Shown: positions 7,859-16,750 of the stretch, in pieces
How the letters are laid out: every line of letters begins with the position of its first letter
How positions within the stretch are numbered: position 1 is the stretch's first letter
From: Patescibacteria group bacterium
GTDB taxonomy: Bacteria > Patescibacteriota > Minisyncoccia > UBA6257 > UBA9933
Length of the DNA: 41,798 nucleotides
Direction: 5' to 3'
Assembly (NCBI GenBank): GCA_031432155.1
Contig: JASJPP010000020.1
Span: 1-41,798, forward strand
Translations under genes and position numbers: made by a program
Notes under the pieces: generated by a model
What the model was told of the DNA's origin: nothing
What the model saw: only the letters and a program-made list of their open reading frames with translations
The model's database searches: none

Positions 7859-8707
7859 ATGTCAAGAACGATGCTGGGACAGCATTTTTTGATCAATAAA
7901 AGCAAATTAAGCGATATTGTTGAAGCGCTTGATTTGAAATCCGGCGATACGGTTATTGAAATCGGACCCGGACACGGAGAGCTTACCGATGAATTAAGAA
8001 TTTCCGCCAGAGGCGGATCCGCCTTTGGCGGAAAGAATAATAAATTAAAAATAATTGCGATAGAAAAAGACGAACCCCTTTTTTTATTTCTGCGAAAAAA
8101 GTTTTTCGGCGATAAGGATATCGAAATTATTCGCGGAAACGCGTTAAAAATTATTCCGGAACTGACCGAAAATTTCAAGCCGAAAATCAAGGGTTATAAA
8201 ATCGCCGGCAACATTCCTTATTACATTACGGGCCATCTTTTGCGTATTTTGGGCGAGCTGAAAAATAAGCCGTCTCTAATCATTTTGACTGTTCAAAAAG
8301 AAGTGGCGGAGAGGATTTGCGTCCTTCGACGAGCTCAGGATAAACCGAAAATGAATTTGCTGGCCGCCAGCGTTCAGTTTTGGGCTGATCCGGAAATCAT
8401 CGGATATGTTTCCAGAAAAGATTTTCAGCCGTCGCCGGAAGTGGATTCGGCGATAATTAAATTGTCGCCGCGGATCGGCGTTGATTTAGCGCGGACTAAC
8501 GCGGAAAATTATTATAGACTTGTCAAAATTCTTTTTAAGCAGCCGAGGAAGACGATATTGAATAATTTAAAACCAATGGCCGGCGACTTAAAATCGTTAA
8601 TCGAAAAACTGGAATTATTGGGCGTAGATTCCAATGCTCGGCCGCAAGATTTGAGCGTTGAAAATATAAAAAAACTGGCGGAATCGCTTGAAAAGAATAT
8701 AATTTAA
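7859..8707 (+). CDS. rsmA: 16S rRNA m6,2A dimethyltransferase
   Basis: LGQHFL, VIEIGPGHG, GNIPYYIT, QKEVAERI, F.PSPEVDSA. Confidence 0.96.
   Translation: MSRTMLGQHFLINKSKLSDIVEALDLKSGDTVIEIGPGHGELTDELRISARGGSAFGGKNNKLKIIAIEKDEPLFLFLRKKFFGDKDIEIIRGNALKIIPELTENFKPKIKGYKIAGNIPYYITGHLLRILGELKNKPSLIILTVQKEVAERICVLRRAQDKPKMNLLAASVQFWADPEIIGYVSRKDFQPSPEVDSAIIKLSPRIGVDLARTNAENYYRLVKILFKQPRKTILNNLKPMAGDLKSLIEKLELLGVDSNARPQDLSVENIKKLAESLEKNII
8001..8034. repeat. Palindromic element inserted in-frame in rsmA
   Basis: TTTCCGCCAGAGGCGGATCCGCCTTTGGCGGAAA, near-perfect palindrome encoding SARGGSAFGG. Confidence 0.85.
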
Positions 8708-8871
8708 AAGATATGATAGCCGGTTTTATTGAAAAACTTGAAAATACCGATATTTGCCGTTTATTTCGCTTATATTTTATCCATCATTCTTTTTTACGGC
8801 TTGAAATAAATATGCGGCATAATAATTTATCCCCATTGTTTTGGCTCTTAAAAATTGTATAATAAACAATA

Positions 8872-9933
8872 ATGGATTCTGTTAAAATCGCTGTGTTTTT
8901 TTTAATCGTTATCGTTGGTTTAAGCAGCATATATTTTGTTTTTAAAAAATCTTCAGACGATAAAATTTCTTTTTCGTCGTTTAGCAACGGGAAAGAAGAC
9001 GAGAGTCAAATCGATAAAAATCCAACATTTGCGCCGTTTCAATTTAACACCGATAAACTAAAAACCGAAAATAAAGCAGGCGACGGCTCTTTAAATATAA
9101 TTGCTAAAATTGATGATTTAGCCGATAAAATTCAATCGGAATTAAAAAAATCCGAAATTGCGCCGCCTGAAAAATTAAATATTCAATCTGCCGGCGCGAA
9201 AGATTTTGAGGAATATTTGTTGGCGCTTTTAGAAAACGGGAAAGAAGTCGGTTTTACCAACGAAGAATTTGAATTTTTAAAAAAGGACGAAAATGGGAAG
9301 CCGTTATCGGTGGAAGAGTTGACTATATTAGCGATTAACGGAGCTGATTTGGTTGAATTAAAAAATTCATTTAAGGCGTGGCAGGGGATAGACGAAAGAT
9401 TTTTGGAAGTTTTAAGAAAAATAATAATTAATCCCAAATTAATAACCGCTCATCAAAAGCTGATTGCCTGGTATGAATATCACGCGCAATTCGCAAAAAA
9501 ATTAAGCGCGGGGAATTTATCAGCGAAAGAAATAAAAAAATTACTCGATCAGTATTCGGAAAAAGCGGTAATTGACGCGCCGAAGTTTTATCAATCTTTG
9601 GGATTAAAAAATAATAATTTAATTCCGACGGTTAACGCTCAAACAGAAGCGGTTTTTTATCATTTCGGCGGGCAAGTGGAATCGTGGGGTGATGTTTGCA
9701 CCACGGGAATCGCTTTTTACGTTGGTCCGCCGCGCGGCGGCCTTTTATGGATTTATTACTGGACTTGGGCGGTCAATCCTTACCTTTATAAAAATCTTTC
9801 TCCTTCGGCCTGCGTTTTGGGAAGAGCAGTTTGGGGACCGGGATGGTGCAATAAAGGATATGTAAATTACGCTATTGGAATGGCTACGGTTGTGTATTTC
9901 GGTTCCTCGCTTCCGGGCTGTCCAATGTTGTAA
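8872..9933 (+). CDS. Hypothetical membrane-anchored protein with Cys/aromatic-rich C-terminal domain
   Basis: N-terminal TM; distinct C-terminal domain after ...VNAQ. Confidence 0.8.
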   Translation: MDSVKIAVFFLIVIVGLSSIYFVFKKSSDDKISFSSFSNGKEDESQIDKNPTFAPFQFNTDKLKTENKAGDGSLNIIAKIDDLADKIQSELKKSEIAPPEKLNIQSAGAKDFEEYLLALLENGKEVGFTNEEFEFLKKDENGKPLSVEELTILAINGADLVELKNSFKAWQGIDERFLEVLRKIIINPKLITAHQKLIAWYEYHAQFAKKLSAGNLSAKEIKKLLDQYSEKAVIDAPKFYQSLGLKNNNLIPTVNAQTEAVFYHFGGQVESWGDVCTTGIAFYVGPPRGGLLWIYYWTWAVNPYLYKNLSPSACVLGRAVWGPGWCNKGYVNYAIGMATVVYFGSSLPGCPML

Positions 9934-9985
9934 AAATATTGCCGGTAAAAATCGTGATTATAACTCATAAAATTGATTATTAACA

Positions 9986-10014
9986 TTGTTTCAATAAAAG
10001 AATGAGGTTATAAT
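9986..10014 (+). promoter_or_regulatory. Sigma70-type promoter
   Basis: TTGTTT-N17-TATAAT, 8 nt before ATG 10023. Confidence 0.5.
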
Positions 10015-10022
10015 AAATAACA

Positions 10023-10832
10023 ATGAAACCAGTTAAAATCATGGTTGCTGTTTTGGTAATGATTGCCGGATTGGCCGGCTCTTATCTAATTATTAATCCG
10101 TTTCAAAAGGATTCTGTTTCTGATTTGGCTTCTCAAACTGAGACGAATAATAAAGACAATAAAAATCTTGATAACGGAGAATTTAATCAAGATATTATTT
10201 CAACGCAATTTGAAGAAGAAACGCCGGAATTAAACGAAGAAAATGTTTTATCCGGTAATCTTACTGAAAAATTTACCGCTTCCGTTTTTGAACGGATTGA
10301 GCCGTCCGAAATATCGGATAAAAATGACGCGATAAAGCTTTTTTCGGAATTAAAATCGGAAAATTTACTAAACGATATTTTTAAAAACGCTCAAACTGAT
10401 TTTAATCTTATATCTGATATTGAAGAAGGCGGAATAAAAATTTCTCAAGATAATTCAAGAGAGGCCAAAATTCAATATCTGAAAGCCATTGAAGAAATTA
10501 CCGAAAAAGATTTCGGCGATTTTAAAAAGAATTACACGGAAGTGATTCTTGACAGTTTTCAAAAACTTGATTTTTCTTCAGCAAGTCGTTTGGCCGGTAT
10601 TTATAAAAATTTAGCCGGCGATTATCTGCGCTTAAGCGTTCCGCCGGATTTTGCCGACATTCACAAAAGAACGATTATTTATTTTAAAAACGCCGAAATT
10701 GTTTACAAAGCGATGAGCGAATACCAGAACGATCCCGTTAAGGGATATTTGGCCCTCGAGATGGTTGATAAGTTGGCGGCGGAAATTGAACAAATTCAAA
10801 TCGTTTTAGAAGAAAAAGTTAAAAGAATTTGA
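10023..10832 (+). CDS. Hypothetical membrane-anchored protein
   Basis: N-terminal TM; helical; VPP...IH motif. Confidence 0.8.
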   Translation: MKPVKIMVAVLVMIAGLAGSYLIINPFQKDSVSDLASQTETNNKDNKNLDNGEFNQDIISTQFEEETPELNEENVLSGNLTEKFTASVFERIEPSEISDKNDAIKLFSELKSENLLNDIFKNAQTDFNLISDIEEGGIKISQDNSREAKIQYLKAIEEITEKDFGDFKKNYTEVILDSFQKLDFSSASRLAGIYKNLAGDYLRLSVPPDFADIHKRTIIYFKNAEIVYKAMSEYQNDPVKGYLALEMVDKLAAEIEQIQIVLEEKVKRI

Positions 10833-10833
10833 A

Positions 10834-12393
10834 ATGAATTTTCTTTTATTGAAAAAAACAGGTTCCGGCGCGATCATTTTCTTTTTAATTCTATTTTTGG
10901 TTTTTTCTCCTTTGGGGGATATTACTCCGAAGGCCAACGCAATGACTTTTGGAGAAGCATTAGGGAAAGCGGCCGCGGCTGGCGCGGCGTGTTTTGCTGC
11001 GTTTAAGGCGGAAGAATATGTTCTTTCATTAAAATTAGACGATGCACTTTCAATAGCAGAAGGGAAAAAAGAGAAAGCAAAATTATTATTAGATGAAAGT
11101 ATTGTTTTGTATGTCCCCGTTGTTGACAGATCGGCACCTCCTCAGATGACGGGAACAATGGTTTTAAAAGATCAGACGCGAACGTCTCTTGATAAATCTA
11201 AAGATTGTATTCGCGATGTGGTGGCGAAAATTATCGGAGATTGGATCGTTGATCAAGTAGTTATTTGGATCCAGGGCGGCGGCAAGCCGCGGTTTGTCAC
11301 CGACTGGAAAAAATTCACAAGAGATGCCGTTAACGCCGGAGTCGGAGAAGCGGTTAGTCAAACCGGCGCCGCTTTTCTCTGTTCGCCGTTTAAGCTCCAG
11401 GTTCAGATAGCGCTTTTGCCGGTAAAAAGATTTCAGCAGAGATTGGAGTGTACTTTAGACGGTATCGTTAAAAACATCAATAACTTTTTTGGAGATTTCC
11501 GTAATGGCAATTGGATCGCTTATCGGCAATTATGGTATCCGCAAAACAATTATTACGGCACTTTAATAATGGTGCATGACGAAGCGGTAGCCAGGGCATT
11601 GGCGGAGAAAAATGCGGCCGAAGAAGAAGCGATCGCCGGTCAAGGATTTATGGGAGTAAGAAAATGCAGACTTGTGGTTAACGCGGAAAATCCGGAGGGT
11701 TATGAAAAATGCAGTATTGTGACTCCGGGTTATGCTGTTGGAGAAACAGTCGCCGAAGCGATTACCACCGATATCAGGTGGGCGGAAAACATTAAATCCT
11801 GGACTTCCGCCGTGGTTAACGCTCTTATTAACGCCGCGATTCAAAAAGTAATGAAAAAGGGATTGGCTTCCGGCGACTATCAATATTCTTATTCCAATTC
11901 CGAATATGATTATAAAACCGGAACTTTGCCGACAGTTAAAAATATCCCGGAAAATTACGGTTTAACTTATGAAGACATTACTAATTGCAATTCATTAAGC
12001 GGTCAAGAAAGAGATAATTGTTATGAAAATTTAAAAAAAGAGAAATGTGATAAACTTGAAAACGAAAAAGACAAGAATGACTGCCGGACGTTATTAGACG
12101 AATTTCTTCAAGATCAAAAAGAATATGAGCAAACTTTGGCTAATGAACCGAAAACACCTTCCGAGGTTCCAAGCGGAGGAGGCGGAGGAGGTGAGCAATG
12201 TACGGTGGTTTCTTCTTCGGATGGCGGAGCTTGCTCTAATGGAAACACGGAATTAATCCGTACTTATAGTTGTCCATCATTGTCTAAATGTCAGGAACGC
12301 GAAAATAAATGGTCCAGCGAAGGGAATCAAATTACAGAAGGATGCAGTGAATCCAATGGCGAATATATGATTTCGGCTATTTTCTGCACATAA
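10834..12393 (+). CDS. Exported/membrane hypothetical protein of the T4SS-like locus
   Basis: Signal peptide (..ANA), FLCSPF motif, Cys-rich C-terminus; lies just upstream of the VirB6-like gene. Confidence 0.75.
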   Translation: MNFLLLKKTGSGAIIFFLILFLVFSPLGDITPKANAMTFGEALGKAAAAGAACFAAFKAEEYVLSLKLDDALSIAEGKKEKAKLLLDESIVLYVPVVDRSAPPQMTGTMVLKDQTRTSLDKSKDCIRDVVAKIIGDWIVDQVVIWIQGGGKPRFVTDWKKFTRDAVNAGVGEAVSQTGAAFLCSPFKLQVQIALLPVKRFQQRLECTLDGIVKNINNFFGDFRNGNWIAYRQLWYPQNNYYGTLIMVHDEAVARALAEKNAAEEEAIAGQGFMGVRKCRLVVNAENPEGYEKCSIVTPGYAVGETVAEAITTDIRWAENIKSWTSAVVNALINAAIQKVMKKGLASGDYQYSYSNSEYDYKTGTLPTVKNIPENYGLTYEDITNCNSLSGQERDNCYENLKKEKCDKLENEKDKNDCRTLLDEFLQDQKEYEQTLANEPKTPSEVPSGGGGGGEQCTVVSSSDGGACSNGNTELIRTYSCPSLSKCQERENKWSSEGNQITEGCSESNGEYMISAIFCT

Positions 12394-12444
12394 ACGATGT
12401 TAATCGACATAATTGTTTATAAATATTTACAATAATTAATATAA

Positions 12445-14469
12445 ATGAATCAACAAAACAGAAAAATTCTTTTAATATTTGTTTTGCTGCTTTTGTTTTT
12501 TTCGTCGCAAGCATTAACAGTTAACGCACAAACCGTTAAAAATGCGATTGGCTCTCTTGCCGGTCCTTTCGGGTTGCTTCTCAGCGGCGGGGCTGGTTCC
12601 GTTATCTCCGGTGTCTTGGGCGGAGCAATAGGTTGGATAACTTTCGTAATAATTTATATAACATCTTTAATTGCCGGAATGCTTTTTTCGTTCGGCGGTT
12701 TTTTGATTGAGTGGCTGCTTGAATTAAATATGAAAGTATTGGATTTGCCGACCATTAAACTTGGCTGGGAAATCATTCTCAATATCGCCAATCTCGGTTT
12801 TGTTCTGGCGATTATCATTATCGCTTTTGCCACGATTTTCCGAAGGGAAACGTACGCAATGAAGCAAACGCTTTGGAAGCTTGTAGTGGCGGCCTTGCTT
12901 GTCAATTTCAGCCTGGTTATCGCCGGCGGTTTTATCGAGTTTTCCCATATTTTCGCCAATTTTTTCATTGATCAGGCAACACCGACAGTCGGTGGTTCAA
13001 CAAACGGAGTTGTGTCTTTTGCCAACGCCTTAACGGCAAGCATTGAACCTCAGAAATTATTGGCGGTTAAAAGTATTTTTGAAGGGAGTGGAGGCGATGA
13101 ACTTAAGGGGAGTATGGGGACTACCGGTATTACTTCTGCGGCCGCTAATCTTATAATAAGCATGTTTTTTATATCAGCTTTTGTTTTTATCGGTGCGCTT
13201 GTTTTTCTTGCCATTGCCATAATGCTTTTGATCCGTTTCGTGGCTTTGGGAATTCTTTTGATTTTAGCCCCGATCGTCTGGCTTTTCTGGATATTTCCGG
13301 CCACCAAGCATTTATGGAATCAGTGGTGGGAAAAATTTTTGCGTTGGACTTTTTTTGCGCCGGCGATGCTTTTTTTCCTTTATTTGGTGATTAAAACAAA
13401 CGAGTTGAAAGGCGCTTATTTTATGGACACCATTAAAAAGGCAAGACTTGCGGAAGGGCAAGCAGGAGTAATTAAAGCGATGGAAAAAGATTTATTAATT
13501 AATGATCCATTGCTTGTGTTGGGGCAGATGGTAATCATGATCGGTTTAATGGTGGGCGGTTTGATCGTGGCGGATAAAATGGGCATTTCTTTCGCCAAAG
13601 CGGCTTTGGGCGCGGCGCAAGGCGGCGGCAAAGCGTTTGGCGCGTGGGCGGGAGGAAGGGCTAAACAATACGGAACAGCTCCGCTTAGGGCAAAACTTTG
13701 GAAAGACGAGGAAGGCAAGAGAACCAAATCGTTTGGGGAAAAATCCGCGGAATGGGCGAATAAAAATTGGCTTACTCGTCATACTCTTGGATACGCGGCA
13801 AGAGGAATAACTCGTTTAGAAACTACTGGCGGAGAAAATGTTTTGAAACAACACATAAAGGCGGCCGGAAACATGAGCGACGCCGATCTCAAAGCATCCA
13901 CTTTAACGGCTAGCGGTCCGCGCAAAATAGCCGTGATGAAAGAATTGCAGAAAAGAAAATTGCTTGGCGATACGACGAACGCAAAAGATCTTATTAACGG
14001 GGGAAATCAGTCTTTGTTTGGAAGATTCAGGCAAGGCGCGTCATGGGGTGATATTGAGCACGGGGCAAAGATGGACGTAGAAATGGCAAAACAATTAAGA
14101 GAAACAGGCAGTGTGTCGGCAGAATCAATTGAAAAATTCGTTAAAACATATAAAGGAAAAGATATTGAACAATCGGCAATTAAAGATCTGTATAGCGGAA
14201 AAGCCAAGCTTGGATTATCAAAAGATGCCACTAACGAATTAGGGATAGCATTTGCCAAGGCGCTTGCAAAAACAAATTATCAAATGGTGCCTAAAATTAT
14301 ACCGCCAATGAACGCCAAAGAACGTGATAATTTTTCAAGCATATATAATCGGGTAGAAAAAACCGAGGAAGCTGAAAAAGCATGGATAAATACAATGAAC
14401 AATTTTGCAACGGGTTTTTCAGCGGAGACGCCGACAACAGGAACAACTCCACCGTCTCCGACGACTTAA
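12445..14469 (+). CDS. VirB6/TrbL-like polytopic membrane protein
   Basis: GW.II.NIANLGFV..IIIIAFATI...LVVAALLVNFS; LLIR...L.ILLILAPI......FP.T....QWW..F; adjacent to PrgI/VirB4. Confidence 0.7.
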   Translation: MNQQNRKILLIFVLLLLFFSSQALTVNAQTVKNAIGSLAGPFGLLLSGGAGSVISGVLGGAIGWITFVIIYITSLIAGMLFSFGGFLIEWLLELNMKVLDLPTIKLGWEIILNIANLGFVLAIIIIAFATIFRRETYAMKQTLWKLVVAALLVNFSLVIAGGFIEFSHIFANFFIDQATPTVGGSTNGVVSFANALTASIEPQKLLAVKSIFEGSGGDELKGSMGTTGITSAAANLIISMFFISAFVFIGALVFLAIAIMLLIRFVALGILLILAPIVWLFWIFPATKHLWNQWWEKFLRWTFFAPAMLFFLYLVIKTNELKGAYFMDTIKKARLAEGQAGVIKAMEKDLLINDPLLVLGQMVIMIGLMVGGLIVADKMGISFAKAALGAAQGGGKAFGAWAGGRAKQYGTAPLRAKLWKDEEGKRTKSFGEKSAEWANKNWLTRHTLGYAARGITRLETTGGENVLKQHIKAAGNMSDADLKASTLTASGPRKIAVMKELQKRKLLGDTTNAKDLINGGNQSLFGRFRQGASWGDIEHGAKMDVEMAKQLRETGSVSAESIEKFVKTYKGKDIEQSAIKDLYSGKAKLGLSKDATNELGIAFAKALAKTNYQMVPKIIPPMNAKERDNFSSIYNRVEKTEEAEKAWINTMNNFATGFSAETPTTGTTPPSPTT

Positions 14470-14486
14470 GCGCTGATTAACAAATT

Positions 14487-15470
14487 ATGATTCAAATCAC
14501 TAAACAACAAATTGATGCGAGATGGGATATTTTACCGGTTAATTTGCGGGAAATTTTGTATTCGCCCGATTACGGGAAAATAATCTGGGATGTTTGCGAA
14601 GCCAATCATTTAACAAATGAGAAAATCGGGAAAATCGCCGGCCTTTGCGGTTACGTGATTATGGGTTTTATTCATCCGGAAGATTTGGCGAAAGAAATTA
14701 AAAACGCGACGGGAATTCATTCTGAAATTGCCGAGACAATAGCCAAAGAAATTGATCGTAAAATTTTTACACCCATTGGAAATGAGATTGACAAAATCTA
14801 CGCGCCGGCCGAGACATTGGCGGAGAAAAAAATAACGGAAGAAAACGCGCCCGCCGAAATTTCCGTAAATCACGTCATCGACTTAAGGGCCAAGCCGGAA
14901 GAAGCGGAGCCGATAGGGCCGTTGCCGGCAATGCCGAGACCGGAAAATTTTACCGACGAAGAACTTGTTGATTTGCGGACATTTGAAAAATCCGGCGGCG
15001 CAAAAGAAGAAAAAGAAAGCAAGCCGGCCGGAGGATCGGACGCTCCCGTAATTATTCACAAAGAAGCGCAATTCAAGCCGGTGCCGACCCTGAAGCGCTC
15101 TTTGGGCGGAATGTTCAATTTTCTCAAAAAAGAAGAAATTCCGCCTCCGCCGGCGTCTTTACCTGTCGCCGCCCGGATTGAAATTGAAGACAAAGACAGA
15201 AAAGAAAAATTTGAACCGGGAATCGCGAAAACCGAAGATCCGAAAATTCGCGTGGTTCATTACAGCCAATTTCAAACTCCTTTGGCGCCGCCGGCTCCAA
15301 CTTCAACTCCGGCTCCAACTTCAATCCCGACTCCGACTCCGTCCCCAGCTTCAACTTCGGCATCAATTTTAAGCTCAATTCCGGTTCCGCCGGCGGCAAA
15401 ACAAACAAGCGAAGGCAATGTCATTGATTTAAGGAATTTTGAAATAAAACAATCCGATAAACCGGAATGA
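14487..15470 (+). CDS. Hypothetical protein: helical N-terminal domain plus long Pro-rich disordered tail
   Basis: LP.NLRE.L.S...GYVIMGF.HP N-domain; three (V/L)(I/V)DLR motifs; PAPTST repeats. Confidence 0.8.
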   Translation: MIQITKQQIDARWDILPVNLREILYSPDYGKIIWDVCEANHLTNEKIGKIAGLCGYVIMGFIHPEDLAKEIKNATGIHSEIAETIAKEIDRKIFTPIGNEIDKIYAPAETLAEKKITEENAPAEISVNHVIDLRAKPEEAEPIGPLPAMPRPENFTDEELVDLRTFEKSGGAKEEKESKPAGGSDAPVIIHKEAQFKPVPTLKRSLGGMFNFLKKEEIPPPPASLPVAARIEIEDKDRKEKFEPGIAKTEDPKIRVVHYSQFQTPLAPPAPTSTPAPTSIPTPTPSPASTSASILSSIPVPPAAKQTSEGNVIDLRNFEIKQSDKPE

Positions 15471-16051
15471 CATTGACAATGCAATTTCAAACCCCTCAAT
15501 TTATTGAAACGGAAAATAAAATCATCGGCCCGCTTACCCTAAAGCAGTTTTTTTATCTGGCTGTCGGTTTTGGCGTCAGTTTCACGTTTTTTTTTATTTT
15601 AAATTTCTGGCTCTGGTTTTTGATAAGTTTGGTTGTCGGCGTTGCCGCTCTCGGCTTCGCTTTCGTTAAGATCGGCGCTCAACCGCTGCCCATTATGGTT
15701 TCGCGGGCTTTTCTTTATTTTTGGCAGCCGCGGCTTTATCTCTGGGAAAGAAAAGCCGAGAAAAAAACTTTTACGATTCCGGAATTACCCGAATTCCCGC
15801 AAATTCCGGAGGCGTCTCCGGTTCAAATAGTTTCGGCGGAAACGCAGAGAATAAAATTGAAGAAATTTTTCGGGGAGACGCCGACCGTCAAAAAACTTTG
15901 GCAGGATTTGATGACGACCAAAACTCCGATTCCGCGGCGCGAAAAAATTTTAAGAATACCGGGCTGGCAAACGCAACCGAAAGAAAGTTTCCAGTTTTTC
16001 AGAAAATCAACCGGAGAAAAAGGCGTGGCGAGAAGAATGGATTACAGATAA
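15467..16051 (+). CDS. prgI: PrgI family (VirB3-like) protein
   Basis: MQFQTPQFIETENKIIGPLTLKQFFYL plus two TMs and a P.LYLW motif. Confidence 0.85.
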   Translation: MTLTMQFQTPQFIETENKIIGPLTLKQFFYLAVGFGVSFTFFFILNFWLWFLISLVVGVAALGFAFVKIGAQPLPIMVSRAFLYFWQPRLYLWERKAEKKTFTIPELPEFPQIPEASPVQIVSAETQRIKLKKFFGETPTVKKLWQDLMTTKTPIPRREKILRIPGWQTQPKESFQFFRKSTGEKGVARRMDYR

Positions 16052-16096
16052 CGAATGGCGGAAAAAGACTTTTTACTGTAAAATGTAAATAACATT

Positions 16097-16750
16097 ATGA
16101 AAAAAGAAGCTCAACCGACCCAAGATTTAGTTGACGTTGAAGATATCAAAAACGAAACGATTATTTTGAAAAACGGTTCGATATGCCGCGTTTTAATGGT
16201 TTCGGGGATCAATTTGGAGTTGAAATCCGAAGAAGAGCAAAACGCCGTCATTTTCTCTTATCAGGGCTTTCTAAATAGTCTTGATTTTCCCGTCCAATTT
16301 CTTGTTCATTCCAGAAAATTAAATATCGAGGGGTATCTCGAGGAAATTAGCCGGCGCAAGGAGTCGGAAACCAATGAATTGCTGAAAAATCAGGTCGCCG
16401 AATATTCCGAATTTATCCGTTCTTTCGTGGAATCAAACGCCGTTATGTCAAAAAATTTTTTTGCGATCGTGCCTTATTATCCGATAACGGTGCCGCAAAG
16501 CGGCAAAAAAATGTTTGATTTTTTGAAATTGGGCGGGCGAATAAGCTCTTCCGCTCTGGAAGATCAAACTTTGGAACAAAAAATGGTTCAGCTTAATCAG
16601 CGCGTTGATCAGGTTATCAGCGGTCTTAATCAAATCGGATTAAGGGTTGTCGCTTTAAACGACGAAGAATTGACGGAATTTTTTTACAATCTTTACAATC
16701 CGGAAACGGTGGAGAAAAAAGAATTGAAAATAGCTTATGGAGAAGATTAA
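16097..16750 (+). CDS. T4SS accessory protein (TraC/TrsD-like, upstream of VirB4)
   Basis: TQDLV....I....IILKNG....VL.VSGIN.ELKSEEEQ..I..YQ.FLNSLDFP.Q; overlaps the VirB4 start. Confidence 0.7.
   Translation: MKKEAQPTQDLVDVEDIKNETIILKNGSICRVLMVSGINLELKSEEEQNAVIFSYQGFLNSLDFPVQFLVHSRKLNIEGYLEEISRRKESETNELLKNQVAEYSEFIRSFVESNAVMSKNFFAIVPYYPITVPQSGKKMFDFLKLGGRISSSALEDQTLEQKMVQLNQRVDQVISGLNQIGLRVVALNDEELTEFFYNLYNPETVEKKELKIAYGED

Noticed and set aside
8713-8862. Short ATG-initiated ORF between rsmA and 8872
   Set aside because: Under 60 aa with no recognisable motif, and it overlaps the putative promoter of the next gene.
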